This document shows positions 49,801 to 64,000 of a DNA stretch of 64,000 nucleotides, in pieces. Both the position numbers and the translations under genes were made by a program. The notes under the pieces are model-generated. The model searched no databases. It was not told the origin of the DNA and saw nothing but the letters and a program-made list of their open reading frames with translations. Within the stretch, counting starts at the first letter, position 1, and every line of letters starts with the position of its first letter. Source of the DNA: Sphagnum compactum (taxonomy: Eukaryota); the NCBI GenBank assembly GCA_965153455.1, contig OZ234493.1, forward strand, positions 22,434,213 through 22,498,212, given 5' to 3'.

Positions 49801-51823
49801 TAGTAGAAAAAAGTCAAAAATACCCTAATTTGAGATGCAACAAGCTTCAAACTTCATTATAGCTTCCCCCTCTAAAAGCAAGCATCAAAGCCAACAATGC
49901 ACAGACAGTATCACATGAAGGGCAGTGGTTGGGGCCTCCTGCACCCCGAACATATCCTTCAAGCACATCACTGGTAACAACAATGACTTCCTGGTAACAA
50001 CAATGTTGGTGAAGACCTGGGATTGAAAAACCTCTGAGAAAATTGAAGAATAGATCTATAGAACAATGGAGCAACCACTGAATTTTCTGTTGCTCCTCAA
50101 TGCTGGCATATAATGTAGACTGTACCTTGAAGTGCTCTGCAACAAGCCAAGACTCAAAAGCTGAGAAAAGGAGAGATGTTGCAATGCCTCCCAAAATGCG
50201 TCCAAGCATAAGTACTCTGTACTGTGGAGAGTGTTTGGTAATACAGCTCAAGATGTATGTAACGCAGTATGTCACACTTGCTCTCTTCCGCCCACTGCAG
50301 GAAGGTATTGTCAACAATATCAATCAGATGCTTCAAGACCACTGGTCATCAAGGATATGAACTTTCCTGACTTGAAATCAAAGACCTGCTATGGTACCAT
50401 GCAAACAAACATCCCAAAACCACCCCAGCGACTTTTGTGCAGATTCGTGAGAATTCACATGAATTTGCACAAGTGGCACACCCTGCTCAAGGGAGTGGAC
50501 CTTGGCAGATGTACAGCCATAGTATAAGTTATGTCAGAACAAGTTTTATTCCTAAACCATTAAGGACTTTGACAATGGCAAACTCCATAGTACACATAAT
50601 GGTAAATAGAGATTGGACAGGAGAGTGTGGTACTCACTATCTGTCCCCAAGGGAGCCCACAATAGTGCCAAAGAGCATTGACGATCCAAATCCAGCAATA
50701 AAGAGTCTGCCAATATCACCTTGGCTGTAATTGTAATGCTGGTAGAGTGCATACACATATGGTCCCTGCAACCAGTCTCCCGCTGCACATCCAAACACCA
50801 CATACAGAGACATATGCACATCAGGAGAAACTCCTTGATTTCAGGAACTGTCACAGCTGTAGTATCCTGTGTATAACGATGACATGAAAGATCCAGCAGT
50901 TGGCTTATACCACTTCAAGATGATGCTGCACGCTTTCTGTAGTTTCATCACAGATCTATCCTCGACAGATCAGTGCAGCAACACAGGCCAAATAGGTTAT
51001 TCTGCTGAAACTTGCATTTGGTAGCATATTCCCCCTCCTCCACGGTGCAAGGCACTTGCATGCCTACAGTGACTGCACCGTGGACATGACTGTAAAGCGA
51101 CTACAACATCATGCTGCAGTGGGGAATGCACATTCTCAGCTGTACAATGCAGATAGGACATGGAGAAAGTCAAGTTTGCCATCAGCGGCAACTCTCAAAA
51201 TCTCCACGAGTGTTCAAAGTCTGGAAAATGCAATCTCCTACTCCATGCTTGTAGCAAATGTTTCTGTCATGGTGGCTGAGTGCAGGGTGCAAGCATGAAC
51301 ATTCAGCTAGTAATCTGCAAACGCGATGGAAATTCTTCTAAATTACTCAACCAACCAACCAACGGATCTTTCAGATTATTTCTCCAGTCAACCTCGTAAC
51401 CGAAAAAGATCCTCCCGCAAGAAGGAGGCTTAAAGGCTTGTCACAACACAGACACCAAGACTTTAACTGTGAAACAGAACCAAAGAAGAAGTTCATCGGA
51501 GCCAAAAAAACTGCGGCATTGACCTCCTATGTTCGTCCAGACGCGAATCACGTTTCTATGGATGCGAATCGTACGTAACACATGAGAGAGGGAGAGATGA
51601 CACGTAAGGAGTACATGTAAACCACGGGAAAAAAATGATAAAAGAGCAAATGAAGCATGGCGAGCACATTACCCATCATGAGCGAATACACGACGAGGTA
51701 ATTGTTTTTGAAGGCATTGAAAGCCGCAGACGTGCTAATGCGGTCCTTGCTTGACTTGCTGAACTCCAAGGCCGCCAGTACGGCCACCAGCACTCCAAAC
51801 ACAAGGTAGTAATAAGCCTCCAT
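46857..51823 (-). CDS. MOT2: MOT2/MFSD5 family (DUF791) major-facilitator molybdate-anion transporter-like protein, 463 aa, 8 exons
   Basis: Exons 51823-51673, 50782-50638, 50294-50126, 49373-49103, 48752-48487, 48038-47823, 47402-47294, 46921-46857 (1392 nt). Motifs FKNNYLVVYSLMMAGDWLQGPYVY, GRILGGIATSLLFSAFESWLVAEH, GPVAPFDAA, FVFLWTPAL, MNFFRIPLN; C-terminus EPLNI. Confidence 0.93.
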
Positions 51824-52146
51824 GACGGATGGAAAACCAACCCCGGCAGAAAGACACCTCAGCGCCGTCCCACTTCCCCCTGCTTGTTGCTCTTTTCTCA
51901 AAAACCAGAAAGAAAAACAAAAAAAAACAAAGAAAAAGGCTCAACAAAATGCCGAAAGATTCGACGATTCACAAACAGAAGAAAATGGAGTGCCAGAGGC
52001 TTACGCAAACCTCAAAACTCGCACTGCTCTCCGAGATCTGGGAACAAACAACAATGCGCACCAGAGAGCGAGAGGCACCGGGGGGACTCAGCGCAACGAA
52101 GAAGGCAGCGAGAACAGGAAGACGAAGCATTTGCATTCTGCCAACG

Positions 52147-52181
52147 CGGGCGGGGGCGGGGGGGGGGGGGGGGGGGGGGGG
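52147..52181 (+). repeat. Poly-G tract (24 G plus GGGC units) upstream of the transporter gene
   Basis: cgggcgggggc followed by G24 at 52158-52181. Confidence 0.9.
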
Positions 52182-55022
52182 CTCAATACGCACCAGAATC
52201 GTCGTCCTGTACCTGTAATGATTGACACCCGGAACATATTCCAACCACTCCCATACACATTCCACGTAGAAACAGCACGCGTTTTACGTAATACGTCAGC
52301 ACGCTACCTCGTAGTTTCCATATCACTACATCCAATGGTCATCAATGCAAGTTGACTCTATCTGACGGTCGCAGATACTGTTCACTCTTCATGCCTGCGT
52401 GGAATGATGGGTAAAGTATGTGTGTTGTGTGGGTGGTTTCTTTTAAACCCAAAAAATACAAAGAAATTTTTAAAAAAGGAAAGAAAAAACCCAAGAAAAA
52501 AAAATGGGGATAGTGAGGACTTTGGAATTCCATTTACTCTCTTTTTTTTTCTTATATGGGTTTAGGGTCTATACGAGTGTTGGATGGTTTTTATTTTCCA
52601 TAATCGTTGAGTAGGCTTTTTTTTTCTCTCTTTTTAAAAAAATAAATTTGAGTTTCGATTGGGTTATCAAATAACCAATTCATAATCACTAGTTGTGATG
52701 TTGGTTATTAGTTATTTATAGGGTTTTTTCTAAATATTTTTTTGTTTATATCATAAAATTGTTTTGCATTTTAGGATTGGTAAGCTACTTGGATGATAAC
52801 TTACCTGGTGGTCATCCGAATAGGTTATTAAATTTTGATAATTCAATATCATGCAATTAGGTTAAAAACCGATTAAGTAAAAAAAAACCAATATATAGTT
52901 AGTAGGTTATCAATACTCAAGTTGGTAATCAAATCAAACCTCCATAAGTAGGCAACAATGGTTTATACATAAATCATTAGATTGATATAACAAAAGCCTA
53001 TGGCCAATTCCAAAAAAAATTGTCCACCATTCTACTAAATGGATATGTTTCATTAATGATTTTGTTTTGGTCAATTTCCCAATATACCTAAACTCATTGT
53101 GCCCTCCCTCTTTGTTAATTCGATGTTCACATTTTCACTTAAATTTTTTTGCCTTGCCCCATTACATCTAAATATCCTCCCATTGGATTCATCCCCACAC
53201 ATTTCCTCCCTTTCTATCAACCCCATTCCTTCAATTCACATCCAATTCATCAAATTCATATATTGCCACAATCAATCTCCAAAAATTTCTTCTTTACAAG
53301 CAAAATTTCACATCTCACCTTCCTTCTCACATCAAGGATTTACAAATCCAATTCGATCATTATTAACCATCATCTTCAATAAAGATAAACCCAAATCTCA
53401 AACCCCCCTTTTGATGTTAATCCAAATGGTTGTGACCCTTCAATGTTGGCTATGTGAGTTAAGTGTAACTAACACTTGTTGTTGTGCTTTCTCCAAACAC
53501 AAGGTCTAATTATTACAAAATTATTTTGAATATTTCATTCTAGAATAATAGAAATGTTGATGTTCCCATTCAAAATGATGAAGAAGCTCTTTGTTCTAAT
53601 GGATCAACTTCGAAAGCTTCGAATGAGCCAAAGGTGATCTGCAATCAAAAATTGTATTTGTAACCCAAAAAAATGATTGTAATGAAACAAACTTTCAAAA
53701 GTGTTTAAACATATCGAAACAATATTTTGATGATTTTTAAGTTATAATGAGGCTTTTGGGTGATGCGCTATAAAAGCTTTGAAATTATCGAACTTGCAAA
53801 CAATTTGCCCACAATTGATTGAACACTCTAATTACCCTTGAGAGTTTCCTTTTCCTTCAAGGCGATTACCTAGTGCAAGATATGGGTTGGAAGGTTTAGG
53901 GTTTTAATTGCCCAAATGATTGTATGTTGGAAGCAGCAGATAATGTGATGACTTCCCCCAAAACTATCAAGATAGGTTTCCAACCCTATCCTGCAATTAC
54001 AAAGGCAATATCTGAATGGATATAAGTTCATCATTTGGCACATATATATATATATATATAATCTACCATCAATTCCATATGGGTTGAGGGGCCCCATGAC
54101 ATTATTCTCAAAATGAGATTCACCATGATGAAATTGCTTTAATGGTGTCCAGCACATTGTAGCAATCTGTTAACATTTTGGTATCTTAACTGAAAGAAGC
54201 CATCATAAGAAGAACACTACCTACTACCCATTTGTGTGGGACACAAACATGCAAAAGGATTAGGCATCCATGCAAGGAGCTTCATACCATACATACCATC
54301 GTATGGTTTGAGCCCTACCATACATGAATGAGTTTGGTGGTAGTGAAAGTGGTGAGCACTTGTGAGGCTGTGTGCATGGGTCCATCCATGGTAAATTCTC
54401 CACCGTAAGGATGGACCCATGCACAAAAGCCTCACAAATCCATACTACATGGTAAATTTACCATGCATCCATGGTAAATTCTGCTTGGTAAGGATGAGAA
54501 TTTACCATCCACATCTGGAATTTGCCATCCATACCATCCTTTTACCCCGCATGAAGAATTTTCAAATTTTTTGAAGAAAAGAAGGGGGGGTGTTGACAAA
54601 CACAAAGTGTTTTTTGGCCAAATATAAGCAGCACCCACCATTGCACCATGAAGGATGGATGTATGTATGGATGGATGAAGGATGGACTTTTTTTTTCAAT
54701 ATTCATCAATTCCATTATTCGTCAATTTGTTATCCATCAAGTTCGATTTACATTTATATTTTTTTCACCCCTAATATCTTGTAAGAATATGAATAAAATA
54801 AAATAAAATCTAATGTTGATTTTCAATATGAACCAATATCCACCAACACTAATATTCATCAAATATCCAAACATTCCAAACAACAAAATATAACAATTTT
54901 TTTTCTCCTAACATATATCAAGATAAAATGACAAGTCCAAAAATTCATTAACTCAACATTCAATACATCAAAATAAAATTTCAGGTTGAAACATTTCATA
55001 CCCAGATTTAATAAAATTTCCT

Positions 55023-55119
55023 TACTTTGCAGAGACCTCACTCAAAGAAGGGTTTGGGGGTCAAAAGAGGGACCCAAAGACAAGGTGAAGAAGACAAGGT
55101 GACTTTACAGAAAACTGTA
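55023..55119 (-). mobile_element. MITE family 'TAGAGTT', terminal fragment D
   Basis: CCCAAAGACAAGGTG...GGTGACTTTACAGAAAACTGTA matches the end of copy B. Confidence 0.55.
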
Positions 55120-55829
55120 TTATCAACCCAACTTGATACCGTAGTACCTTGGCCATTTCAACACATATCCGTCGAATAATTGATTAATTAATTGATTAAT
55201 TAATGTTGAAAAACTCATTTCAATAAATGCAATATTCCTAAATATTAACTATTATCCTTCACAAAAAATAATTTTTGAAAATTTCAGCATTTCTGAAAAT
55301 AATATAATTCGTGTCAAATTGAGGATGCCCCTATAGTTCCACCCGTTGCAGTTACCCTAGTTTACAGCTTGGCAGTTTTCCACACTAATTATATAATTCA
55401 TGGAAATGTTGGAGGGGAAAAAAAAACTCTGTCATTAATGAAATATCGGAAATTGATTGTAAGTTCATCCGTGAAGAAAAACAGTTATGATCTTTTCATC
55501 CAAGAAGCTATCTAGTTATGGAAGAATAGGTCGAATTAGAGTTAATGGTGCCATTGGACTCATGACACGATAGCTCACAACAATCTTCGGTTGTGATGTA
55601 ATTTTCATTTGGTCACACATTTTGTGAGGCCCGTCATTGAACAATGCCCCATAATTGAACAAGCAATCGAACAAGGATAGGTTGGTTAGGGTTCGATGCA
55701 TAACCCAATTAGCTATATACATATGTAGATATGAGGTAGAGAGTATGAGATATTTGCCAACCAAGAGGGGTAATTTGAAATGTAGTGAAGTAAATTTATA
55801 TATAAAGTTTGAAAAGATATAAATTCATA

Positions 55830-56580
55830 TGTAGTGTGAAGTTCTAGAATTGCCTTTACCTTTCATCTCTTTTTGCAAAGTTTTGGTAGGAAAAAATTCA
55901 TCGTATGTTGTCGTTTATGTTAGATCCTAGGTTTAAACACATGCATCCAGTCATATCATATTTAGGTCATGAGAATGTATTAAGTTTGGTTGTTGATTAT
56001 GATTTTTATTTGATATTGTTTTTATTGGTGGAATTTTTACAAATAACTAATGCCAAGTACAACTATGGAGGATACGAAAAAAAATCGTCGTATGTTGACA
56101 CTTATGTTAGGTTCTAGAATTAAACATATGTGTTTAGTCACATCATATCTAGGTCATGAGAATGCATTATGTGTGGTTGTTGATTATGATTCGCACTTAT
56201 TATTGTTTTTATTGGTAAAGTTTTACAAATAACTAATGCCACGTACAACTAAAGAGGATTAGGTGTTTAGTTTGCAAGTGGATTTTGATAATATGTTTCG
56301 CATTGTTGAAACAAATATGGACACATTAAAGAACCTTACGTGTCATGAAAGTTTGTCGGATTTCAACATTTTCTCATTGATGTGAATTGCAAATGTGTTT
56401 TGAACTAATAGTGTTTTCCAATGTTACAAAGTTGGTGAAACAGATTTTGGGCATTCCAACTTTTCAATTGAAATTGAAAAGGTTTTTTCGAGAGTTAAAA
56501 TCCTCACGTCACTTCATACATGTGGTCTTAAAACTAAAGATCTTGACAAATTAATAATTGTCCATAAAGTTTGGTCGTTA
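55830..56580 (+). mobile_element. hAT transposase C-terminal remnant with an internal 187-bp tandem duplication
   Basis: MLSFMLDPRFK...LGHEN...VVDYD is duplicated (55904 vs 56091), followed by FPNVTKLVKQILGIPT..IEIEKVFS....LTSL.....L...DLDKLIIVHKVW, typical of the hAT dimerisation domain. Confidence 0.75.
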
Positions 56581-59500
56581 AATTTGTGCATTGGTTATTA
56601 TTAATATTATAACTTGGCAATTGCATGTGTGAAACAAAATCTGACCAATAGAAAATCTTCAAGATGTATTTGATGATGAAATGGAACACAAGGAGTTCCC
56701 AAAAGTGTTGTGATGTCATTTATTTGCCCCACTTCTTAACAAAAAGGTAAAATATAACTCGAACTTTTCAATAAGGCTTTACTTCTAGGGGTTAGGCATT
56801 AGCTATAAAATGTTAACATGCATTCATTAGGGTTGTGTTGTTGTGTGGAATTTGCACTTGTGTTTACAATTTTGTGGAAATTGGAAACTTGATGGCAATT
56901 TGCAACCTCAAGTATATTTGGCATTTATGTTTAATGATATTGACCTTTGAAAATGTAATTCATAAAACACTTTGTCTAGGTTCTTTTTGTCCATTTCGAC
57001 CCCCCCAAAAGTATGTGTAATTTCCAGGTTGACTAATAATTTAAATCAAATTAAACAATGTTAGTTACACATGGACCTTCCATGCCAACATGGTGTTAGT
57101 GCCTATTCAAATGTGACTAATTTTAATCATGTTATAAATGACATGGTTTGCTACATGTCATACATGTTTTAAAATTTTATGATTTAGATTACTAATTTTT
57201 GTGACATATGTGCAAAGTGTGTAATTTTAATATTAAATTTTCTTTTAAATATATGGGATAAATTCTCATTTTTATTTTTGTATTTCCTACATTCATGCAA
57301 CCATTATTCATTTGGAGTTATACATTCTAAAAATAGAATGTGGATACTAAACCAACAAATAAATGTTTTTCTAAAAAAAAATTCAAAACTTGGATAATTA
57401 ACTTACACATAAAACTAAGTCATACATTTTTGAAAAAATAAAAATGGACTAATGTGACCCAAAAAATGGCCAACCAAAATTGAATTACCTTATGTGCTGC
57501 ATTAAAACAAATATATCATATCATGATCCAAGATTACTATGCATCTTTGGATAGGAAATGTTAATTTTTTATTGAGCCAACACACATACACATTTTTTAC
57601 ATTCATGTTTTACCTATTTTTCTATTCTAAATGAAGATGGAAATGGTGTGAAAATTAGACTTTGACTTGCACCATTTAAATATTTAGTATTTTGGCCCAA
57701 CCATTATTAAAATGATATGCCACTCTCAACAAGAATGCATAATAATTGGCATGACATTGATTAGCTTAAGCACAAACTTATGAACAATATTTCCAACAGT
57801 CTAACTCAACATAAAGTGTCCATTTGAAAGACTACAAATTTACATTACCCTACAAATGCAAGCAATATCTAACATCTCCAAATTCAAAGAATAATCATCA
57901 ACTAAAAGAATGTAACAACTACCTATCAATTTGCAATCATCTTGTATGATGCATTAATTAATTAAACAATTCCATGCATCCTCACATAACATTGAGCAAG
58001 TTTTGTCCACTAACAAGTTTGCAACTGTGTTTTCAATGCGTGCTTTTAGAAACTTTGAAAAGCACACCAAAACAACAAATTCACCAATTATAGTCACTAT
58101 GTTCCAACCAACAATTAAGTGCTTCATAGAAAATTTAAGAAAATGACACCCACTCCAAATAATGATTCCTTTATTAGCTAAAAGTTTAGTTATATTCCTT
58201 AAATCTTTGGTTTCAAAACCTTATTTACACCCAACAACTCTAATGACAATATCTCCAATTTTAAACATGGGTGTTCCTTTCAAGTTACACTATAAAGGAA
58301 TGTCATTGATATAAAATCACATAAATTTTTGTGCAATTGAAAATATTATTGATTTTCTACATCACATTAGACATAACTTCTATTTACATTAAGATCAAAT
58401 TGGCATAACACAATTAGGCCCAAGTACTCAAATAAGAAAATAACATTATAGGACATGGTTCACTTCGATTCGCTATAAACCATATCTAAATTTAAGACCA
58501 TTATAATTTTAAAGCTAACTTAATTGTCATTTTAAAGCAGCTTGACCCAACATCATTAACTAAACTATGTGGATCAATATTATTTTCATCCCTTCCATTA
58601 ATAACAACATAAACAAGATTTGTAAGTCTAAGTGCTAGACCTCCTACAATAGTGAATATTTGAATTGGTTTTGGAATTGACATTGGAGTTGGAAAAGTAC
58701 GTTCTTATCATCATTATCAATTCTAAACATATTGAAGTCCACAAGGCTAAATACAAAAATTCTTGTCCTTCGTCTCCAACATGGTTTTTTGCATAAAACT
58801 ACCTTCCAACCCCTTTCATTTGAATAATTAGAAAAAATAAATTGTTCTACATGTATTGGGAACATAAAAGATTAGTTTGAAATGGGTATCAAAGAATTGA
58901 CATGTGTGAACTCATCTCTCTTGGCTATTATATTATTCCCAATATAGTTTGTTTTAACCCACTTACGCAATAACACAACCATGTTTAGTACCCCATTCTT
59001 GAACCCTAGTATCTTTTCATCATAACTTATATATTTTAATTATGTAAGGATGAGTCTATGGTCATTTGGTTTAGATACACATTCATGTTCAAATGTAATA
59101 GTCACATTGTTATTTATTGTTGTAAGATGTTCTTCAACACTTGAAACACATATGTAGTTTCCAAATGCATACATTGGTCAATAAGTTGTGGCTTCCAAAG
59201 TGTGCAACATAAACATATGCACAATGTCCTTGTCAATTGTCTCACCATCTTTAGTAGCTAAGGATATGGTTGTCCTTATCCAAGTTGAGAAAGGACACAC
59301 TTCTATTAAGTTGTCAAGGTATATAAGATACCTTGTTCAAGACTAATCCATAGCACAAAAATTATTGCCTTTTTTGGTTTGGTTTCCCAATTTTGATAGG
59401 GTGACTCTTACCAATTAGTGCAATTTGTAATGATTACTTTGCATACCAGTTGCCAAGATGCCACAACAAAAGTCAGCAAACATACACCACATAAAGCTAT

Positions 59501-61861
59501 TAGTTCAATGTGTTTAAGATAGTCCATAATCCCATTGTAACAAATTGTTTATTTGATTAAACCCATGGCATTACCCAACACATTTGTTTCCTAGTTTTTA
59601 CAAATTTTTCCCTAATCATTAATGCAATTTATAGTGCTTACTTTGCATATCAATTGGCAATATGTTAAAACAAAAATTAATGAATCATATCCCAACATAA
59701 AGATATTAATTCAAGTTTGGAACTTAATGCAAATTTGTAACTTAGAAATTAGAGAATATTACAAGCCACAAAACCATTAGTTCAACATTTTGAAAAATAA
59801 AAGAGTGGCCATGTCACAAAGGTATACACTCAATTTTTGTGCATGCATGTTTCCTGCAAGCATTTTATCGAACATATTTGGGTCTTCTTTTTCATCCCAC
59901 ACCCATCATTTTGTCTTGCAAATATTTTGTGTAAGACCTTAATGTTTTTTATATTACATACTTTTCTAACATGTTTCCTTTTGGCCTTATTTTGTTTCTC
60001 ACGTATCTCCTCAACATCTTCATGTAACATTTAATGGGGTACATTCAACAAATATGCATTGGACCACAAATCTCTAAGTCCTCATGCATCATCGTATCAA
60101 TATTAATGTGATTACTGCATCCTTCTTAAGATTGGCCATTGCTTTAAGCAATGCCAAAATCCATGCCATCTTGGAAGCAAATGTTTTTTTATTTAATTAA
60201 CAACTTTAGTCATGAACAACTTGTCCTTCCATGCGTTTTATGTTCACCTCTTTGTTATAGATCAGTTAAAGGTGTTTGGGTGAAAAGTTTTTGCTTTCAA
60301 AACCCTTGTTTAATGCATCTTGATTCAATGTTTTTATTTTTTTCAATTTTGAGATGTCACTCAAGTGGTGATCATCCATAAATATATTTTAAAATTGAGA
60401 TTTTCAAAATATGAAAGTAAAAACTCTATACCACCTTATCATATTTTGAGCAAAAATTTGGCAATTAAAAAAACAATTATTGTTTTTTTAACTTTAAAAA
60501 AAAAAAAAAAAAACCAAAGTTGATTGAAATGTTAATCACCCCTTGAATAAACTAAGGAAAAATGTGGCACATTTGTTGAATGGGTGCTTGCAATCAAGAC
60601 CATGCAATTCAATCCATGCTACTATGGAAAAAAGATAAAAAATAAAAATTAAGAATCATAATAAGAAGATAATTTTTTTTCAACTTGTGCAATATATTAC
60701 ATTTGTAAAGCCACATAGATAACATAGTTGACTAAAATTCCATCTATAATTTTTAAAAGAATTTGGTGGTGTGTGCTTTTGGAAAGGGGGGGGGGGGGGG
60801 TGTTTACAAACTAGTGTGCACCTCCTCCTTACACATTTGGTTGTTGATTTTTGGAATTAATTAATTAAATTCATTTAGATTATTATTAGTATCATTTGAA
60901 GGGGGGTTGCATGCCAACATGCACCTTTCCTTGCACATCCAAGTTGCCAGTTTTGGAAAAGACATATTAAAAAAACTTATATTTGTTTTGGATGTGTTTA
61001 TGGAAGGAGGTGTATATGTCAACATGCATCCTTTCTTTGCACATTTGGTTGCCAATTTTTGAAATTTTAAGATTAATTTTTTAAAAAAAATATTATGGGT
61101 TCCTTGTAAATGGTGCTTGTTATTGTACATGTTCTTTGCACATTCATTTGTTGATTTCTTAAAATTTATTCTAGGAAGAAAAATACTTGCCTTAAAATAT
61201 GTGAAATAGCCACCCCCTATCCATATCCTAGAAAAATATTTTAAAAATAGTTGCCTCTTGGTAGTTATCAAAAAATAAAAATAAACCTTAAATCCATGTG
61301 GTTCCACTTTTTTATTTTTCATGAACCCAATTAATTGGTATTGAAAAAATCAAAGGTATGTCCAACAATTGTCATGACCAATGTTGGACATTTATTAGAA
61401 ACATGAATGACCCCTCATGGTTATCAATGCAATTCATGTGAATCATAAAAATAGTTTTCCAAACATCAAATTTGTTTTTGGGTAGATACAACCATAATTT
61501 TCCAAAATTTGAAAAATCAAATAATTGGCCATAAAACTCCTGATTCATGATTAGATGCCTTGTGCATGGTTGTGGAGACTACATTTGGATTTTATTTGGT
61601 GTTTATTATTTTTTTATAAAAATGGTTACGATTTGTGATTTAGACTAATGTTAGAGCAAAATTTACATGAAATCAAGATAAAAAATGAATTGAGCTTTGT
61701 AATAATCAATATAAAATAAAAACAAATATGAAGTATTGTTATCAACCTTCAAATCCAAGGATAATAGTCCTAATGTCAATATTATAAACAATGAACTTTG
61801 ATGATTTTAAATAGCATAATTGAATTGAAATTTTCATCCAATTTTCACCAACATTTGTGAC

Positions 61862-62119
61862 CATCATCATAAACTTTCCCCCTACAAGGTTTAATGTTTT
61901 TACAACACTTTAACAATGTGTTCAAGGTTGAGTGTTAACTAAGTGTTGATACAAGCATTGACAAGATGTGATTGCATTGTAACACATTATGATGATTGAA
62001 CATTGTGTTACAATGTCATGACAACATTGTGTTAATAATTTATCAACATTTAACATTATTCACATTGTTAAAGTGTTGTAAAAGCATAGATACATGGAAG
62101 GGGCAAGTTTGTGATGATG
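61862..62119. mobile_element. Foldback/MITE-like inverted repeat (~260 bp)
   Basis: CATCATCATAAACTT / AAGTTTGTGATGATG termini and a perfect inner 23-bp pair TTTTACAACACTTTAACAATGTG / CACATTGTTAAAGTGTTGTAAAA. Confidence 0.7.
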
Positions 62120-63153
62120 TTCATTAAAAAAAAGGTTGAAAGTTGAAAAAAAATAAAATTCCAAGAAATAAGAAATATTAGAACCTTCAAATTTATTTGA
62201 CGAACATTTAACCATGTTTTTAATTTGACATTGTTATATGAAGAGGTTCATGAACTTGGATCCTACCTTCATAATTCAAGGATTTGACAATAGGGGACCA
62301 CTTCTTTATCAAATTGTGGAATCATGAATGGAATGATATATTGTCATTCAAAACATGCATGTGCATTATATATATAAATATAACACCATAAAAATTGGAA
62401 TTTAACCATAACAAGTTCAAGTTTCAACAATTTGCATGTTGATAGTTTAGCACAAAGAACCACCAAAAGTGTTCCAAATAAATATGGTCTTTTATAATAA
62501 TGAGTGAATCTTGGTAAATTAGATGTAAACATATTCTACTTTTACAAGGACATGAACATATTCTTTTCAAGGACCCATCAACATCAAAACTTGCTATGAC
62601 CAACATTTTAGTGAAATTCATTGAATTCATGCAAGAGATGAGAATGTAATGTTTCATAATAAGTACAAAAATATTATTAAATCTATATGATAAAATATTG
62701 TTGTATGTTTGTATTAGTTGTTCATACCTACCTCTTCCAAGCCTAATGACCTCACTCCCTTTTCCTACTCACCTACATGGATATGAAAAAACAAATTAAC
62801 ATTGCATTTTCATATCCATGTTATGTATATTAAAATAATTTAATAATCTACTTCTTTCAAGCCTATTTACTTAATCACTTTCTCTTGTGCATCGACATGG
62901 ACATGAAAAATTTGACATAAATAATGATGAATTATGAACTACTGGGAACCATATGGGAACATACCCAAAAAGAATGAAAAAGAGTAGGGGGAGGGTCAAA
63001 TTTTGTTCAATTTGGAACCTTGCCCTTTGCGTAAGGACATTACATTTGTTGTATCAAATAATTTAGGTTGAAAATTGAAAATTTGGAATTTATATTCAAA
63101 ATATTAGTTTAAAAAATTACACACCTAATGAATAAAATCCATTATTTGATATT

Positions 63154-63228
63154 AAATCATCTAGACAATGTGGTTTAAGAAATGTAGCAAGCACAAAAAA
63201 TGGTGTGAACACATTGTCTAGATGATTT
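63154..63228. repeat. 19-bp perfect inverted repeat with 37-nt spacer
   Basis: AAATCATCTAGACAATGTG / CACATTGTCTAGATGATTT. Confidence 0.85.
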
Positions 63229-64000
63229 TATTGCCTCAATTTAAAGATATTGGGGAGGCCAAGATATTTGTATATAGTTGTTCATTTGTGTCAATAATCA
63301 CACAAATGACGATAGCATAATTGATTTAGATACACCAAAATGTTAGTGAATAACTTGATTTTCATTCATGTGAGCCTAGATAAAAATTTATGATATTAAA
63401 AAAAACAAGTAATAAATTCATCTATGGTTTTTGTACAATTAATTGATGTTTGTTTGCTTGTTGTTGTTTTTTTTTTCAATTTTTGTGATGAAGTTGAGAT
63501 GGTGATCATCCATAAGCCAATTTAGCCAACATTTGACATTAACAGTATATGAAAGGAAAAAATAATGTCCTAATGTTTTTTGGCTACCTACTAGAATCAT
63601 GTACATAAATATCTCAATTTTTAAAGATTTATATTGAATTTTGAGGATTTTTTCTCAAAAAATCAATGAATTTGTTGGATAGAACATAGATTTTGTGTTT
63701 TATTACAAGGGGAAGAGGATTAAGTAAATGCATTTATTAGAAGACAAATAATCTTTCTTTCTTTTTAAATGAATGAAATGGCATTGTGTCAATTTAAACA
63801 TTTAATAAACTTTCTTTTATGTAGGTAGACAAAGAATCAAACAAATCATGAATAAGAAATGCATTCAAAAATGAAGAAAAAAACATTGACAAAGCATGAC
63901 AAATCATTTTACTCAAATCTAGATGTGTAAGTATTCTTCTTTAAGGGTTAATGTGCAATGAGTCATATATTTTAGTTAAAATTTTAATTAGAAAACTAAC

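Noticed and set aside
51822-52355. 177-aa plus-strand ORF with poly-Gly
   Set aside because: It derives from the GC-rich leader and poly-G tract of the minus-strand gene and has no domain.
57700-60400. Possible decayed transposon coding region
   Set aside because: No diagnostic motif could be read in any frame.

Overview
Land-plant nuclear DNA, most likely a bryophyte such as Sphagnum (an inference from the PLS-DYW PPR style, kinase type and repeat content). It contains four intact, intron-containing minus-strand genes separated by AT-rich, transposon-derived spacers. These are a DUF616/MUCI70-like glycosyltransferase (8298-11494), a PLS-class PPR-DYW editing factor (25301-28414), a UBC19/20-type E2 ubiquitin-conjugating enzyme (40133-41534) and a MOT2/MFSD5-family transporter (46857-51823). 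The most notable observation is that hand-splicing extends the 727-aa PPR-DYW ORF by two upstream exons. These add a transit-peptide-like N-terminus and a complete OSB-type PDF motif ([37 protein letters not shown]), a module known from organellar ssDNA-binding proteins, fused in frame to a PPR array and an intact cytidine deaminase. Also present are an inverted DYW pseudogene fragment, a second decayed PPR gene, a three-part chimera (C2H2 finger/kinase N-lobe/gypsy RT-RNaseH), a copia remnant split by a solo LTR with a TSD, several MITEs and Helitron-like elements, hAT remnants and an MSA-element cluster upstream of the E2 gene. All gene models were built by eye from GT-AG sites and reading phase, and no database searches were run.
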